Assembly: GCA_016929645.1 (NCBI GenBank)
Contig: JAFGIK010000003.1
Span: forward strand, 6,913-70,912
Direction of reading: 5' to 3'
Origin: Candidatus Dojkabacteria bacterium
Lineage (GTDB): Bacteria > Patescibacteriota > Dojkabacteria > SC72 > JAFGCJ01
Length of the DNA: 64,000 nucleotides
The notes below the pieces were generated by a model. The model was given only the letters and a program-made list of their open reading frames with translations, searched no databases and had not been told where the DNA came from. The position numbers and the translations under genes were made by a program. Of the stretch, positions 8,825 through 18,726 are shown piece after piece (position 1 is the first letter of the stretch; each line of letters opens with the position of its first letter).

Positions 8825-11482
8825 TTACTCTACATGGCCGTTGTATATTAACTTTCTGGTATAGATATTAGTGTTTCCACCTCGAACTGCTTGATAAAGT
8901 TCCAGATTAAATGCAATCATAGTAATGTTACCTGGAGTTTGCCCATGAGATTGCCAATTAGACCAATTTATACCATCATTTGTATACCTGGTATATATAT
9001 TAGTATTTCCTCCCCGAACTGCTTGGTATAGTTGTCCTCGAAATGAAGTCATCGTGATATTACCAGGAGTCTGTCCATTAGCAATCCAACTAGACCAATT
9101 TGTACCATCGCTGGTGGATCTGGTCATAATGTTAGAATTTGTTTCCGTTGCAGCTTGATATAGTGATCCATCGTGAACTATCATTGTTACGTCTCCGTAA
9201 GTGTGTCCGCTTGCGATCCAACTAGACCAAGTTGTACCATTATCTGTGTATCTTGTATAAATGCTAGTATTTCCGCCACGAACCGCCTGATATAATCTAC
9301 CACTGTATTCAGTCATAGTAATATTACCAGGAGTTTGTCCGTTAGCGATCCAAATAGACCAATTTGTGCCATCCGTTGTGGATCTTGTGTATATATTAGT
9401 ATTTCCTCCGCGAACGGCTTGATATAATTTACCATCAAATACAGTCATAGTAATATTACTTGGTGTTTGTCCGTTAGCAACCCAGCTAGACCAATTCGTA
9501 CCGTCAGTTGTGTATCTTGTGTATATATTGGTATTTCCACCTCGAACTGCTTGATATAGTCGACCATTAAAAACGGCCATTGTTATATCGCCAGGAGTTT
9601 GTCCATTTGCAACCCAGCTGGACCAGTTTGTACCATCAGCAGTGGATCTTGTGTATATATTAGTATTTCCACCGCGGACAGCCTGATATAATCTTCCATC
9701 GAATTCGATCATTGTTATGTTGCTTGGTGTTTGTCCGTTTGATATCCAATCACTCCAAACCATTATTCCGGAGCCTTCTTCTGTTTGCAGTAACAAAGCA
9801 TTTGATGCATTTAATACGCCGTTACCCGTTTCATTGTCAAATCCAGCGGCTCCGACGTCAACCGTTGATTCGTTGAGTATTGCTCTTATCTGGTTTATAC
9901 CAAAATCTGGATAGATGCTCTTCAACAGTGCCGCCACTCCTGCAACTTGAGGCGCTGCAAATGATGTTCCTCTCATACTATAGAAACTGAACGTTGTAAA
10001 CGAGTCAACAGTTGGATCCCAGTAAGGTGATGTTTTATAATCTGTACAAGGGTAAAGGTTAGAAGATGTAGATTGGGAGTTGCAAGTATAGTTGTACTGA
10101 TAAAATCCCTGATAACCAGCAGGCTCTCCTGAATCTCCGACTGGTGCAACAAGATCTATCCATGATCCATAAGTTGAGTAGTCGCTTCGTGTTCCATCTC
10201 GATTAACTGCTCCGACAGCGATAACAGATCCGTATCCCGCTGGATATTCTTTTACATTGCCTTTGCTAATTGCTCCGTTACCTGAAGAAGCTACGGAAAT
10301 TATTCCTTGTGAAGCAATTTCTGCAAATAGAGTGTCTTCAATAGCTGAATATTCTGAGCCACCAAGACTCATATTAATAACATCAGCACCGTTATTCATT
10401 GCATATTGTGCACTTGTTATTAGTGCTGGGCTATATGCTAAGCCTTTATGACTGAACATTTTTATTGGTATAATTGTTGTGTTAAATGCTATTCCAGCTC
10501 CATATGCTTCATTATTTGTATTTCCTGCAATAATTTCTGCTACATGGGTGCCATGACCTAAATCATCATCAGGATAGCCTTCTTCTGAGGATATCACACC
10601 ATAATTATCTGGATAAAAATAATAATCAAAGAAATTCACTCCATTGTAATCATCAATAACTCCGTTGTGGTCGTCATCTGAACCGTTATTTGGGGTTTCA
10701 TCTGTGTTAACCCAAAGGTTTACTGGTCTATCATATGGGTTATTAAAAGACCAATTATGATCATATGAAGGTCCACCATCATCAACGGTTGGTTGATCTA
10801 CTGCACGATCCTCATATGCAAGTCCTGAGTCGATTACTGCCACAATTACGGATGAGCTACCGCCGTAAGATCCTGATACATACTCTGTGTATTCCCATGC
10901 ATCTGGCATGTCAATTGAGTACCAACCTGTATCTGTTCTGTTTCCAAGTTGCCATTGATTTGGTGTATTTGTTCGGAAATTTGGGTCATTTGGATACCAT
11001 GCATGTAATTCTCTTTCATATGCTGGCTCTGCTATAAGGATGTCATCTCTTTGATTCAGCTCATATAAAAACTGGGTAACCGTTTGTCCTTCTGGAACAG
11101 CTAAAACGGAGTATCTTCCGCCTCCAACTTCTGGGGCATTTTCTGTTAGATTATTGTTTACTTCTGAGTCTAAGCTCTTTGCTATTCCTTTTATATCTAA
11201 TCCAGAGTTGTTCACAAATAAAACAGAAACAAAATCCTGAGAATAGTCATTGTTGTTCGTCATTGAGTAAATGTCCCATAAGGATTGATTTACTTTCTTG
11301 CCATCAAGCAATAACTGTGTATCTGCTGATACTTCTGAATTCATGCTTATGTCTGAACTTTGATCACTAGCTAAAACTTCTTTTGCTGGGAATAATATCC
11401 CTACGTATGAAAACGCAATAAAAGTTGCAAGGAAAGTCTTTAATAAAGATTTTCTTTTTTTACTCATAAATTTTTTTCTCAA
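8825..11482 (-). CDS. secreted subtilisin-like serine peptidase (S8) with C-terminal Asp-box-like tandem repeat (beta-propeller) domain
   Basis: Signal/TM at N-terminus. Catalytic triad contexts 'VIAVIDSGL' (Asp), 'HGTHVAEII' (His) and 'GTSFAAPQVAG' (Ser). C-terminal ~320 aa is about 6.5 copies of a 48-aa unit 'GQTPxNITMxxFxGRLYQAVRGGNTNIYTRSTxDGTNWSSWxAN'. Confidence 0.85.
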   Translation of the reverse strand: MRKKFMSKKRKSLLKTFLATFIAFSYVGILFPAKEVLASDQSSDISMNSEVSADTQLLLDGKKVNQSLWDIYSMTNNNDYSQDFVSVLFVNNSGLDIKGIAKSLDSEVNNNLTENAPEVGGGRYSVLAVPEGQTVTQFLYELNQRDDILIAEPAYERELHAWYPNDPNFRTNTPNQWQLGNRTDTGWYSIDMPDAWEYTEYVSGSYGGSSSVIVAVIDSGLAYEDRAVDQPTVDDGGPSYDHNWSFNNPYDRPVNLWVNTDETPNNGSDDDHNGVIDDYNGVNFFDYYFYPDNYGVISSEEGYPDDDLGHGTHVAEIIAGNTNNEAYGAGIAFNTTIIPIKMFSHKGLAYSPALITSAQYAMNNGADVINMSLGGSEYSAIEDTLFAEIASQGIISVASSGNGAISKGNVKEYPAGYGSVIAVGAVNRDGTRSDYSTYGSWIDLVAPVGDSGEPAGYQGFYQYNYTCNSQSTSSNLYPCTDYKTSPYWDPTVDSFTTFSFYSMRGTSFAAPQVAGVAALLKSIYPDFGINQIRAILNESTVDVGAAGFDNETGNGVLNASNALLLQTEEGSGIMVWSDWISNGQTPSNITMIEFDGRLYQAVRGGNTNIYTRSTADGTNWSSWVANGQTPGDITMAVFNGRLYQAVRGGNTNIYTRYTTDGTNWSSWVANGQTPSNITMTVFDGKLYQAVRGGNTNIYTRSTTDGTNWSIWIANGQTPGNITMTEYSGRLYQAVRGGNTSIYTRYTDNGTTWSSWIASGHTYGDVTMIVHDGSLYQAATETNSNIMTRSTSDGTNWSSWIANGQTPGNITMTSFRGQLYQAVRGGNTNIYTRYTNDGINWSNWQSHGQTPGNITMIAFNLELYQAVRGGNTNIYTRKLIYNGHVE
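8828..9775 (-). repeat. coding tandem repeat, about 6.5 copies of a near-identical 144-nt unit
   Basis: Recurrent 'ccaattgtaccatc...gtatatatattagtatttcc(a/t)cc(t/g)cgaac(t/g)gc(t/c)tgatata' blocks are visible directly in the DNA; they encode the Asp-box-like repeats of the S8 protein. Confidence 0.8.
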
Positions 11483-11802
11483 TTAAGATATTAAATTTCA
11501 ATATTGTTATTTTATAATATTTCGATTTATTATAAAAGTTGTCTAGACTATACAGATGAATGTTTGTAGAATATACTATTTTTTATTCTTGCAGTAAATA
11601 GTAAACTTAGTAAACCTAGTAAACCAAACTAGATTCTTCATATAAAAAATAATAGAAAAAACTTAAATTTATTAAAGTAAAAGACTTTGTTACGGCATTG
11701 CGTAATGGCCCAATCGTAAGATTGGGGATGAAGCTAATCTACCGCAGATGATCAATGCATTAACATTGAAATGTCATAACAATATACCATGTCTTTAATA
11801 TC

Positions 11803-12465
11803 GTGGTTGTTGACTTTCGAATAATGAGTATTGGAAAATTTGCACGAAAACTACTAGGAAGCAATTTCTATAAAATTGCAAAATATTACAAAGAGTTTTT
11901 CTTTCATATTCCTTCGTTTGTAGAGATTTTGCCTAAATTTCCAGCAAATACCACAATTCTAGATGTCGGTGGTGGAGACGGCGAAGTTCTTAACTATGTA
12001 TTATCAGGAAATCCTACATTGAAAGCTGTTCTTATAGATCCTAACGATAATATCGGTGGTATGATTTCTACATCTAATAGAAAAAGAGTAACCCTGTATC
12101 CAGGTTATTCTATGCAAAAATATAAAGAATCAAATATTTCGAAAGGATACCAGTTTGTACTAATATCAGATGTGCTTCACCATATTCCAGAAAAAGATAG
12201 AGATAGATTTATCAATGAATTGCTAGGCTTGTGCTTAAAAGATTCTACTTTGATAATAAAGGATATTCAACCAGGATATGTTAAATCCTGGCTGAGTTTA
12301 TTTTCGGATATTTTTATAAGCGGTGATAAGTCTACAAAATTAATCTCTATGGAAGAAATAACAAAGAAAATTAGAAATAAATATCCAAAAGTCCAAGTTA
12401 CTGATACAGGACTTCAAAAGAAAACTCCACCAAATTACTGTTTATTATTTTCAAATTTCAAATAA
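11803..12465 (+). CDS. class I SAM-dependent methyltransferase
   Basis: 'TILDVGGGDGEVLNYVL' glycine-rich SAM-binding motif and 'VLISDVLHHIPEKD' motif II-like. Confidence 0.7.
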   Translation: MVVDFRIMSIGKFARKLLGSNFYKIAKYYKEFFFHIPSFVEILPKFPANTTILDVGGGDGEVLNYVLSGNPTLKAVLIDPNDNIGGMISTSNRKRVTLYPGYSMQKYKESNISKGYQFVLISDVLHHIPEKDRDRFINELLGLCLKDSTLIIKDIQPGYVKSWLSLFSDIFISGDKSTKLISMEEITKKIRNKYPKVQVTDTGLQKKTPPNYCLLFSNFK

Positions 12466-12527
12466 TCTTTGTTTTTGTGCTAGACTGCAATATTGCATTG
12501 CCAATATATTGATTTTTAGTTTGATAT

Positions 12528-13310
12528 ATGAATCATACTTTTGTTATTCCTGCATACAATCGACCAAAATACTTAGCTGAATGTATAAGATCTCTTCAAA
12601 ATCAAAACATGAAGATTCCTATAATTATATCTACTTCAACTCCAAACGATTATGTTCGGAGAATTGCAAAAAAGTATTCAGTAACGCTTATAGAGCACAA
12701 TCAAGGTGGAAGTATTGCTAAAGATTGGAATTATGCCTACAAGATTGCTGATGCGAAATATGTGACGCTCGCACACGAGGATGATATATATCTACCTAAT
12801 TATTCTGAAGCAATTAAATATCATTGTTTAAGGTATGATCCATTATTAATTTCGACAAAATATCTCGATTATGTCGATGATATGCCTCGACGGACATACG
12901 CTCATATAATTAAGAATTTTATGAACTCGGTATTTTACTATCGAAAGAAAATTGGAAGTACGTTTTGGAAAAATTTTTCACTTATGTTTGGAAACTCAAT
13001 TTGTTGTCCGAGTGTGACATATAATAAAGAGATGATAGGGGATTTTAAATTCAGTAATAAATATAAAGTAAACTTAGATTGGGATGCCTGGGCTAGATTA
13101 TCAAAATTTAGCGGCTCATTTTTGTATGTAAATAGAGTCCTGATGTACCATAGAATCCATTCTAATGCCCAGACAAACATTGGTATTCATGATTCTACTC
13201 GATATCTTGAGGATAAAGAAATGTTTGAATATTTCTGGCCAGTACCGATTGCCAGATTGCTTTCATTTTTTTATAAATACTCATATACTAGCTCAACATC
13301 AGATCATTAA
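12528..13310 (+). CDS. family 2 glycosyltransferase
   Basis: 'FVIPAYNRPKYLAECIRSLQNQ' is a GT2 N-terminal signature, followed by 'AHEDDIY' (DxD-like). Confidence 0.75.
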   Translation: MNHTFVIPAYNRPKYLAECIRSLQNQNMKIPIIISTSTPNDYVRRIAKKYSVTLIEHNQGGSIAKDWNYAYKIADAKYVTLAHEDDIYLPNYSEAIKYHCLRYDPLLISTKYLDYVDDMPRRTYAHIIKNFMNSVFYYRKKIGSTFWKNFSLMFGNSICCPSVTYNKEMIGDFKFSNKYKVNLDWDAWARLSKFSGSFLYVNRVLMYHRIHSNAQTNIGIHDSTRYLEDKEMFEYFWPVPIARLLSFFYKYSYTSSTSDH

Positions 13311-13387
13311 TTATAATGATTGTCTTATGTACCAAGTTCTCCAAGCAAAGAAAACAATAATATTGTTATGATTTGAATCCTTAATCT

Positions 13388-15244
13388 ATGATTTATTTAA
13401 TTTTCATTACACTTTTAATTTTTGGATATTTTATTTCATCTCAGATTTTAGAAAGAAATAAAGTATTCAGGTTTCTTGCAATTGTCTTTTCTTTGTATGT
13501 ATTTTTCACATTTTGGTTTAATTTCCTTGGGATTTGTGTAGATTTCCTGTTTTTTGTAATGATCATTTCTTTTTATGATGTTGTAGTATCTGTGATTGTT
13601 CTACTGAAAAATAGTTTTGATCTCAATAAAATCCTTAAGCTTCTGATTAAGAGTAACTTACAAGAATTCAATTTTGGATTTGATAAATTTTTGTTAATTC
13701 TTGTTATTTTAAGTTTACTTGTATCTCTCTTATACTTTGGATCTAGTCATTTCGGTCCTCAGTTCGAATCATTAGACGCATCGCTTCACTATCTTCTAGG
13801 ACGGAGATTTTACGAAGAAGGTTTTATTCAGTATTTTTCCAAAAGTATTTTTTTCCCAGAAGCAACCAATATTTATTCTTATCCATTTGGTCATACTGTT
13901 CTTTTGAGTCTTTTTTTTCACGTGTTCCCAAGTATGGATCAAATTGCGACATTTAATATTTTTCATATTTTCTTTTTTGTCTTAATTAATTCTTATTTCT
14001 TCTCTGTTGTTCAAAGATTTTTAAAATTCAAAAACAAATTAGTGTTGCTAATTTTCATACTAATGCAAACTCTTGGTTTCTTTTTTAATTTAATGATCAT
14101 GGGATTTACTTCTCAACTGGTTGGGCTCTTTTTTTTACTTGCGGCTATTGATGTTTACTCATCGAAGAAATTTCGAAGTCACATATTAGGTGTTGCTATT
14201 CTAGGCTTGTTGGTTTCTAGTATTACGACAACATACTTTTACTGGCTTGCGATATTTGGTATTTTTCTTTTAATTGATAATTTGAAAAGTGTGCTGGCAC
14301 TAGGTATCAAAAAATATCTGAACAACAATTGGAAATTTATTTTATCGATTTTGTTTTTTTCTGTAATTTTCTCATTACATTATTTGTTGGTGATCTTTAA
14401 AAGTTCGATGATCGCATCAGCCAAGTCAGACGGTTCAAGTTATAAAATATTTCTGAGTAATTTTATCCTTTTCCTTCCTTTGATAATCAACTATTTTGTT
14501 TCTGAATTGAGGTTTGTCAAGAAACAAAATAAATTCCAGTCACTTATTCTTGCAGTATCAGTGTTTGTATGTGTTCTTGGATTTTTTTATGTGTTAAATT
14601 TTATTGAGCCATACACATTTTCAAAAAGTTTTTACTTATTTTTCCCGCTAATTTATGCAATTTCTCTAAAGGAATTAGAAAAGATTAGAGATTCACTAAA
14701 TAAAATTATTTATTTTTCAATTATTGGAATACTTTTAATCTTTGTGTTGTTACCATTCTTTGAGACCGATCCAACTTACACGCAAGCAAATTCTCTACAA
14801 CTTAAGTTTGATGATCTTAATGTCAAAGTTTTTGAAATATTTCACCATAATGCCCAGATGACAGTAAACCCCAACGTCCATCCGGTTAATGCATCTGCTC
14901 AAAAGATTGAATTTGCTCAGTCATTTCAACATAAAAAACACAATGGCAAGTCTCTTGATAAGATTGTTGTTGTTGGAAATGATTCTGAGTCACTTTGGTT
15001 CTATTCATTAAGCGATGTATTTCCTCGGGATAAATCAAATAATTACTCAGTGTCAATTCCTCCTAGTCCAGATTATAATGCCTGGATTTCTGGGCGTGAA
15101 AGTGATTATCTGATTTTTATCGACAATAAAGGGAAACTTGATTGGGCCAGAGATAATAATTTTGATATCAGTGAGTTCAAGGTTGTATACAAGGTCGGAG
15201 ATAACTACTTGTTAGAATATAACCCTAAGGTAAAGAAAATTTAG
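13388..15244 (+). CDS. polytopic membrane protein with C-terminal extracytoplasmic domain (possible oligosaccharide polymerase/ligase-like)
   Basis: About 12 hydrophobic helices then a hydrophilic ~150-aa tail; sits inside the glycosylation cluster. Confidence 0.45.
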   Translation: MIYLIFITLLIFGYFISSQILERNKVFRFLAIVFSLYVFFTFWFNFLGICVDFLFFVMIISFYDVVVSVIVLLKNSFDLNKILKLLIKSNLQEFNFGFDKFLLILVILSLLVSLLYFGSSHFGPQFESLDASLHYLLGRRFYEEGFIQYFSKSIFFPEATNIYSYPFGHTVLLSLFFHVFPSMDQIATFNIFHIFFFVLINSYFFSVVQRFLKFKNKLVLLIFILMQTLGFFFNLMIMGFTSQLVGLFFLLAAIDVYSSKKFRSHILGVAILGLLVSSITTTYFYWLAIFGIFLLIDNLKSVLALGIKKYLNNNWKFILSILFFSVIFSLHYLLVIFKSSMIASAKSDGSSYKIFLSNFILFLPLIINYFVSELRFVKKQNKFQSLILAVSVFVCVLGFFYVLNFIEPYTFSKSFYLFFPLIYAISLKELEKIRDSLNKIIYFSIIGILLIFVLLPFFETDPTYTQANSLQLKFDDLNVKVFEIFHHNAQMTVNPNVHPVNASAQKIEFAQSFQHKKHNGKSLDKIVVVGNDSESLWFYSLSDVFPRDKSNNYSVSIPPSPDYNAWISGRESDYLIFIDNKGKLDWARDNNFDISEFKVVYKVGDNYLLEYNPKVKKI

Positions 15245-15327
15245 AATCTAGTGTCTTCGCAGAGGTTATGTCAGTTTATCTGCTTCATTTCTAATACTAA
15301 AAAGGTATATAATGTTCACTCAACACA

Positions 15328-16575
15328 ATGAAAATCATTATTGATGCGACAACAACTCAAGATCAGTTTGCGAATAGGGGAATTGGAAGATATACCAACG
15401 AGGTTGTGTCTCGGATGATCGAGTATAGTAGTCAACAGGGTATGGGAGATACTTTTTACCTTTTGTTGTTTAAAAGTCCGACAACATTAACACCTGTTCT
15501 GAAAAAATATTCTGAAATTATTAAAACTATTGATCTTGGACCATTAAGGATATCTGGTTTTTTGAATGATTTATGGTGGAATCTTCAGATAAAACCAAAG
15601 ATCAAACGACTTATTAGAGAAGAGCATCCAGATGTCTATTTTTGCCCATATTTCTGGAGAAATTTTCCAGTAAAGAAGATTTCGACTGTTGTAGCTATCC
15701 ATGATTTAGCTTTTCCTATTTTAAATAGATATTCATTAAGACCTCATATTTTTGATTTGATACGAAAATTTCAGTACCATTCAACTCTGAATAGAGTCTC
15801 AAAAGTAGCTGGAGTGATAACTGATTCTGAAAACACGAAAAATGACTTATTAAAATATGTAAAGGCTGTAAATCGAGATAAAGTTTTTCCTATTCATCTT
15901 GGAATTTCAGATGAATTTCACAAAATTGAGGTTGATGAAGACGTTATTCTCAAGTATCTTCCTAAAAATGTTTTAGATCAGGGATATATTATTTATTATG
16001 GGGGGGTCGAAGTAAATAAAAACGTAGAAAATATTGTACGAGCATACTCTATGCTAGTCAGCAACTGGAAATCTAAATCTAATGAAGAGAACAAGAGTAA
16101 GTTGCCATATCTTGTCCTTGCAGGAGGAGATTTTACAAAGCTTGATATGCGGCATAAAGCTCTTGCTCAGGTCAGATATTTGATCGAGGAATTAAATCTA
16201 CAGGAATATGTTTATTTCACAGGATTTTTCGAAGATGAAGATTTGAATGATCTTTTGTCAGCAGCTAAATTGATGGTTCATATTTCACTTTACGAAGGGT
16301 TTGGATTTGCTGCTCTTGAAGCTATGAAATGCAGAGTTCCTGTTGTTGCCAGTGATAAATCTTTTTATCAGGAGGTCCTTGGTGATGGGGCCTTACTTGT
16401 TGATCCACAAAATCCTGATTTAATAGCTCAAGCTTTCTCTCGAGTTCTTTCTGATGAAGAAGTTGCAAAGAAACTTTCTGAGCTTGGTGGGAAAAAAGCT
16501 GACAGTTATACATGGGATAAGACATCTCAAAAGACCTATGATTTGTTTAGAAGTTTCGTCGGGTTAGAAAATTAA
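15328..16575 (+). CDS. GT4-type glycosyltransferase
   Basis: 'EGFGFAALEAMKCRVPVVASD' matches the GT1/GT4 E-x7-E motif. Size 415 aa. Confidence 0.85.
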   Translation: MKIIIDATTTQDQFANRGIGRYTNEVVSRMIEYSSQQGMGDTFYLLLFKSPTTLTPVLKKYSEIIKTIDLGPLRISGFLNDLWWNLQIKPKIKRLIREEHPDVYFCPYFWRNFPVKKISTVVAIHDLAFPILNRYSLRPHIFDLIRKFQYHSTLNRVSKVAGVITDSENTKNDLLKYVKAVNRDKVFPIHLGISDEFHKIEVDEDVILKYLPKNVLDQGYIIYYGGVEVNKNVENIVRAYSMLVSNWKSKSNEENKSKLPYLVLAGGDFTKLDMRHKALAQVRYLIEELNLQEYVYFTGFFEDEDLNDLLSAAKLMVHISLYEGFGFAALEAMKCRVPVVASDKSFYQEVLGDGALLVDPQNPDLIAQAFSRVLSDEEVAKKLSELGGKKADSYTWDKTSQKTYDLFRSFVGLEN

Positions 16576-16652
16576 TTAAAATCTAGGAAATGGACTCAAT
16601 TTAGCTTTGATAAAATATTAGCAATTAATTCAAATTACTATTTTTATAAAAG

Positions 16653-17093
16653 ATGGAGACAAAACATAAAGAAACTATTGTGAATGTTGATATTAATGGT
16701 AAAAATACAGCTTTTATTCCGATCAGGTTTGATCTAAGTCTCAGACATGCTTTCCAGGGTTTAATGCTGATTGTAAAAAACGAAAGAAATTTCAGAATTC
16801 AGCTTGGTTTCACTCTGTGTGTTATTATCCTTGGCCTTATTTTTAAAGTTACTCGACCAGATTGGATAGCTATCTTCATTGTTGTCTCGCTGGTACTTGT
16901 CTCTGAGTCGTTCAATAGTGTTGTTGAAGCTATGTGTGATGTTATTTATCAGAAATATAATGAACGGGTTAAGTATGCCAAAGATGTAAGTGCTGGTGCT
17001 GTTTTAGTTAGTACAATTATCGCTATTGTGACAGGGACTGTTGTATTCTTCCCATATTTCGTTGATTTGGTAGTCAATTTATTGAACCTTTAA
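16653..17093 (+). CDS. dgkA: DgkA-family lipid kinase (diacylglycerol/undecaprenol kinase)
   Basis: 'SESFNSVVEAMCD' matches the DgkA motif E-x2-NSA-E-x3-D; three TM helices; 146 aa. Confidence 0.7.
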   Translation: METKHKETIVNVDINGKNTAFIPIRFDLSLRHAFQGLMLIVKNERNFRIQLGFTLCVIILGLIFKVTRPDWIAIFIVVSLVLVSESFNSVVEAMCDVIYQKYNERVKYAKDVSAGAVLVSTIIAIVTGTVVFFPYFVDLVVNLLNL

Positions 17094-17096
17094 AAC

Positions 17097-17606
17097 ATGG
17101 TAAATCATAAACAGAAATCATCAAAAAATGGCGTAAAGTACCTTCTTTGGTCGTTAACTTTTATTGGGTTAGCCTTCCTTTCTTACAGAATATACGGACT
17201 TTTGTTAGTGACAAAGTCTTTCAATGAAGTAGAAAGTCTCTCTCTTATGATAGACGATTTGAACTTAACAATTGGTGATTCAGATGGTATCGAAATCGAT
17301 GTTGCTGATGAAGTTATTGATCAGGCTGAATCTGTTGAGTCTTTTCTCGATGAATCTTCAATCTGCTTGTCAACTTCATCCTTAACCAAAGAGCTTGATC
17401 AGTCAGAGTTATCTGTTTGTGAAAATGCCAGGGGTTATATTGACGTTGTAAAATCTCTAACAACGGATCTTCTTGATGGAAAAGATACAGTATCAGAGAA
17501 TTACAAATTGCATGATTCTTTCGATAAGTTGTCTAAAAGTTTTGATGAATACTATGATGAGCTCGATCAAAACCGGGAGAAGTATCTTATTTCTAGTGGC
17601 AATTGA
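17097..17606 (+). CDS. hypothetical membrane-anchored acidic protein
   Basis: N-terminal TM 'YLLWSLTFIGLAFLSY' then a D/E-rich soluble domain; no recognisable motif. Confidence 0.4.
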   Translation: MVNHKQKSSKNGVKYLLWSLTFIGLAFLSYRIYGLLLVTKSFNEVESLSLMIDDLNLTIGDSDGIEIDVADEVIDQAESVESFLDESSICLSTSSLTKELDQSELSVCENARGYIDVVKSLTTDLLDGKDTVSENYKLHDSFDKLSKSFDEYYDELDQNREKYLISSGN

Positions 17607-17643
17607 TTTTAGATTTTCGTATTTGGTATTATAAGTTATTAGT

Positions 17644-18684
17644 CTAAAGTTTGGGTTCCAGGATCCATAATTCCGAATAGTTATCAATAATTGCAAATTT
17701 CTTCATGTTTGAACTTGGTGTCAGGCTCATTATTCTTGTGAATGGCATGAATGATATTTGATCTTTAATTAATCTATGTGCATCAAAGATCAGTAAATTT
17801 GCTTGATTCTTGCTTTCGTAAATACATGAAGTCAGATTCACATTGTCAGTCATTGATGAAACTGAACAAATTTCATTTGTCTCTTGTATGAAAGGACTTC
17901 TTCCTGGCTGTATGATTAACTCATTTCTCATTGTTGCTACTTTTAGCACAGGGAATTTATTGCTTATAAATTTAATATCTGTAATAAATTTACTGGAAAC
18001 CGGGAATTCTGCCGTTTTCAGTGTTTTGGATCTGATATCAAAGACATACAGATTTTTTTCAAGTATTGGTATTGAAGTAACAAGATAAATATGAGATTTA
18101 AATAAGAATATTGGCTTGATTGACTTGCTAAAATCGATTTCTTCAATCAGCTGACCTTTTTGGTTAAACACTTTTGTTGTTGCTGCAATATCTTCAATAT
18201 CGTTTTTGGGGAATTGTTCAGTAGAAAATATATGTTTATTTGAAACAAAGACTTCTGTGTTCACAGGCAATTTCAAAAATGTAGAAATAGTAAATTCTTT
18301 GTCATTGTTGTCTTTATTCAGAATTGTTAGTTTGCTTTCATTCGCACTTTTTTCAAATACATACAATTGATTATTATCGTAAAAAAAATCATCGATACTA
18401 TAGTCTGGTTGCGATGTGTATATTCTTGAAGATTTTCTTTTCTCTGTGTCTAGTATTACTAGAAAACTATTTTCTGAAGCAGCGATCAAATCACGATCAA
18501 TCCATAAAATTTTAGAAGGGTGAATGTTTGTAAAAAAATAGTCATATTGAATAGGTGCAGTGTTAGTGTCTTGAGCCTTCTTATTTGATAGTGAGATTTT
18601 GATTGCAATTGCTGATAATATTAAAATAGAGATTATTACAACAATAGAAGTTTTCTTCTTGATATTTTGGTTTGTCTTTATCAT
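17644..18684 (-). CDS. hypothetical N-terminally anchored extracytoplasmic protein
   Basis: N-terminal TM 'SIVVIISILILSAIAI'; rest predicted beta-rich with no recognisable catalytic motif. Confidence 0.45.
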   Translation of the reverse strand: MIKTNQNIKKKTSIVVIISILILSAIAIKISLSNKKAQDTNTAPIQYDYFFTNIHPSKILWIDRDLIAASENSFLVILDTEKRKSSRIYTSQPDYSIDDFFYDNNQLYVFEKSANESKLTILNKDNNDKEFTISTFLKLPVNTEVFVSNKHIFSTEQFPKNDIEDIAATTKVFNQKGQLIEEIDFSKSIKPIFLFKSHIYLVTSIPILEKNLYVFDIRSKTLKTAEFPVSSKFITDIKFISNKFPVLKVATMRNELIIQPGRSPFIQETNEICSVSSMTDNVNLTSCIYESKNQANLLIFDAHRLIKDQISFMPFTRIMSLTPSSNMKKFAIIDNYSELWILEPKL

Positions 18685-18726
18685 TGTTGGACAACTTAAT
18701 TTAGTGATATGTTTTGGTAATCAGAT

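Noticed and set aside
8828-9775. Tandem ~144-nt DNA repeats that could be mistaken for a CRISPR array or satellite
   Set aside because: Period is 144 nt with no unique spacers. Units are in-frame inside the S8 peptidase ORF and encode a protein repeat, so this is a coding tandem repeat, not CRISPR.
11593-11630. Mini tandem 'agtaaac' x3-4 in the intergenic spacer
   Set aside because: Only ~35 nt, imperfect, in a very AT-rich spacer. Most likely chance or slippage; no supporting structure.
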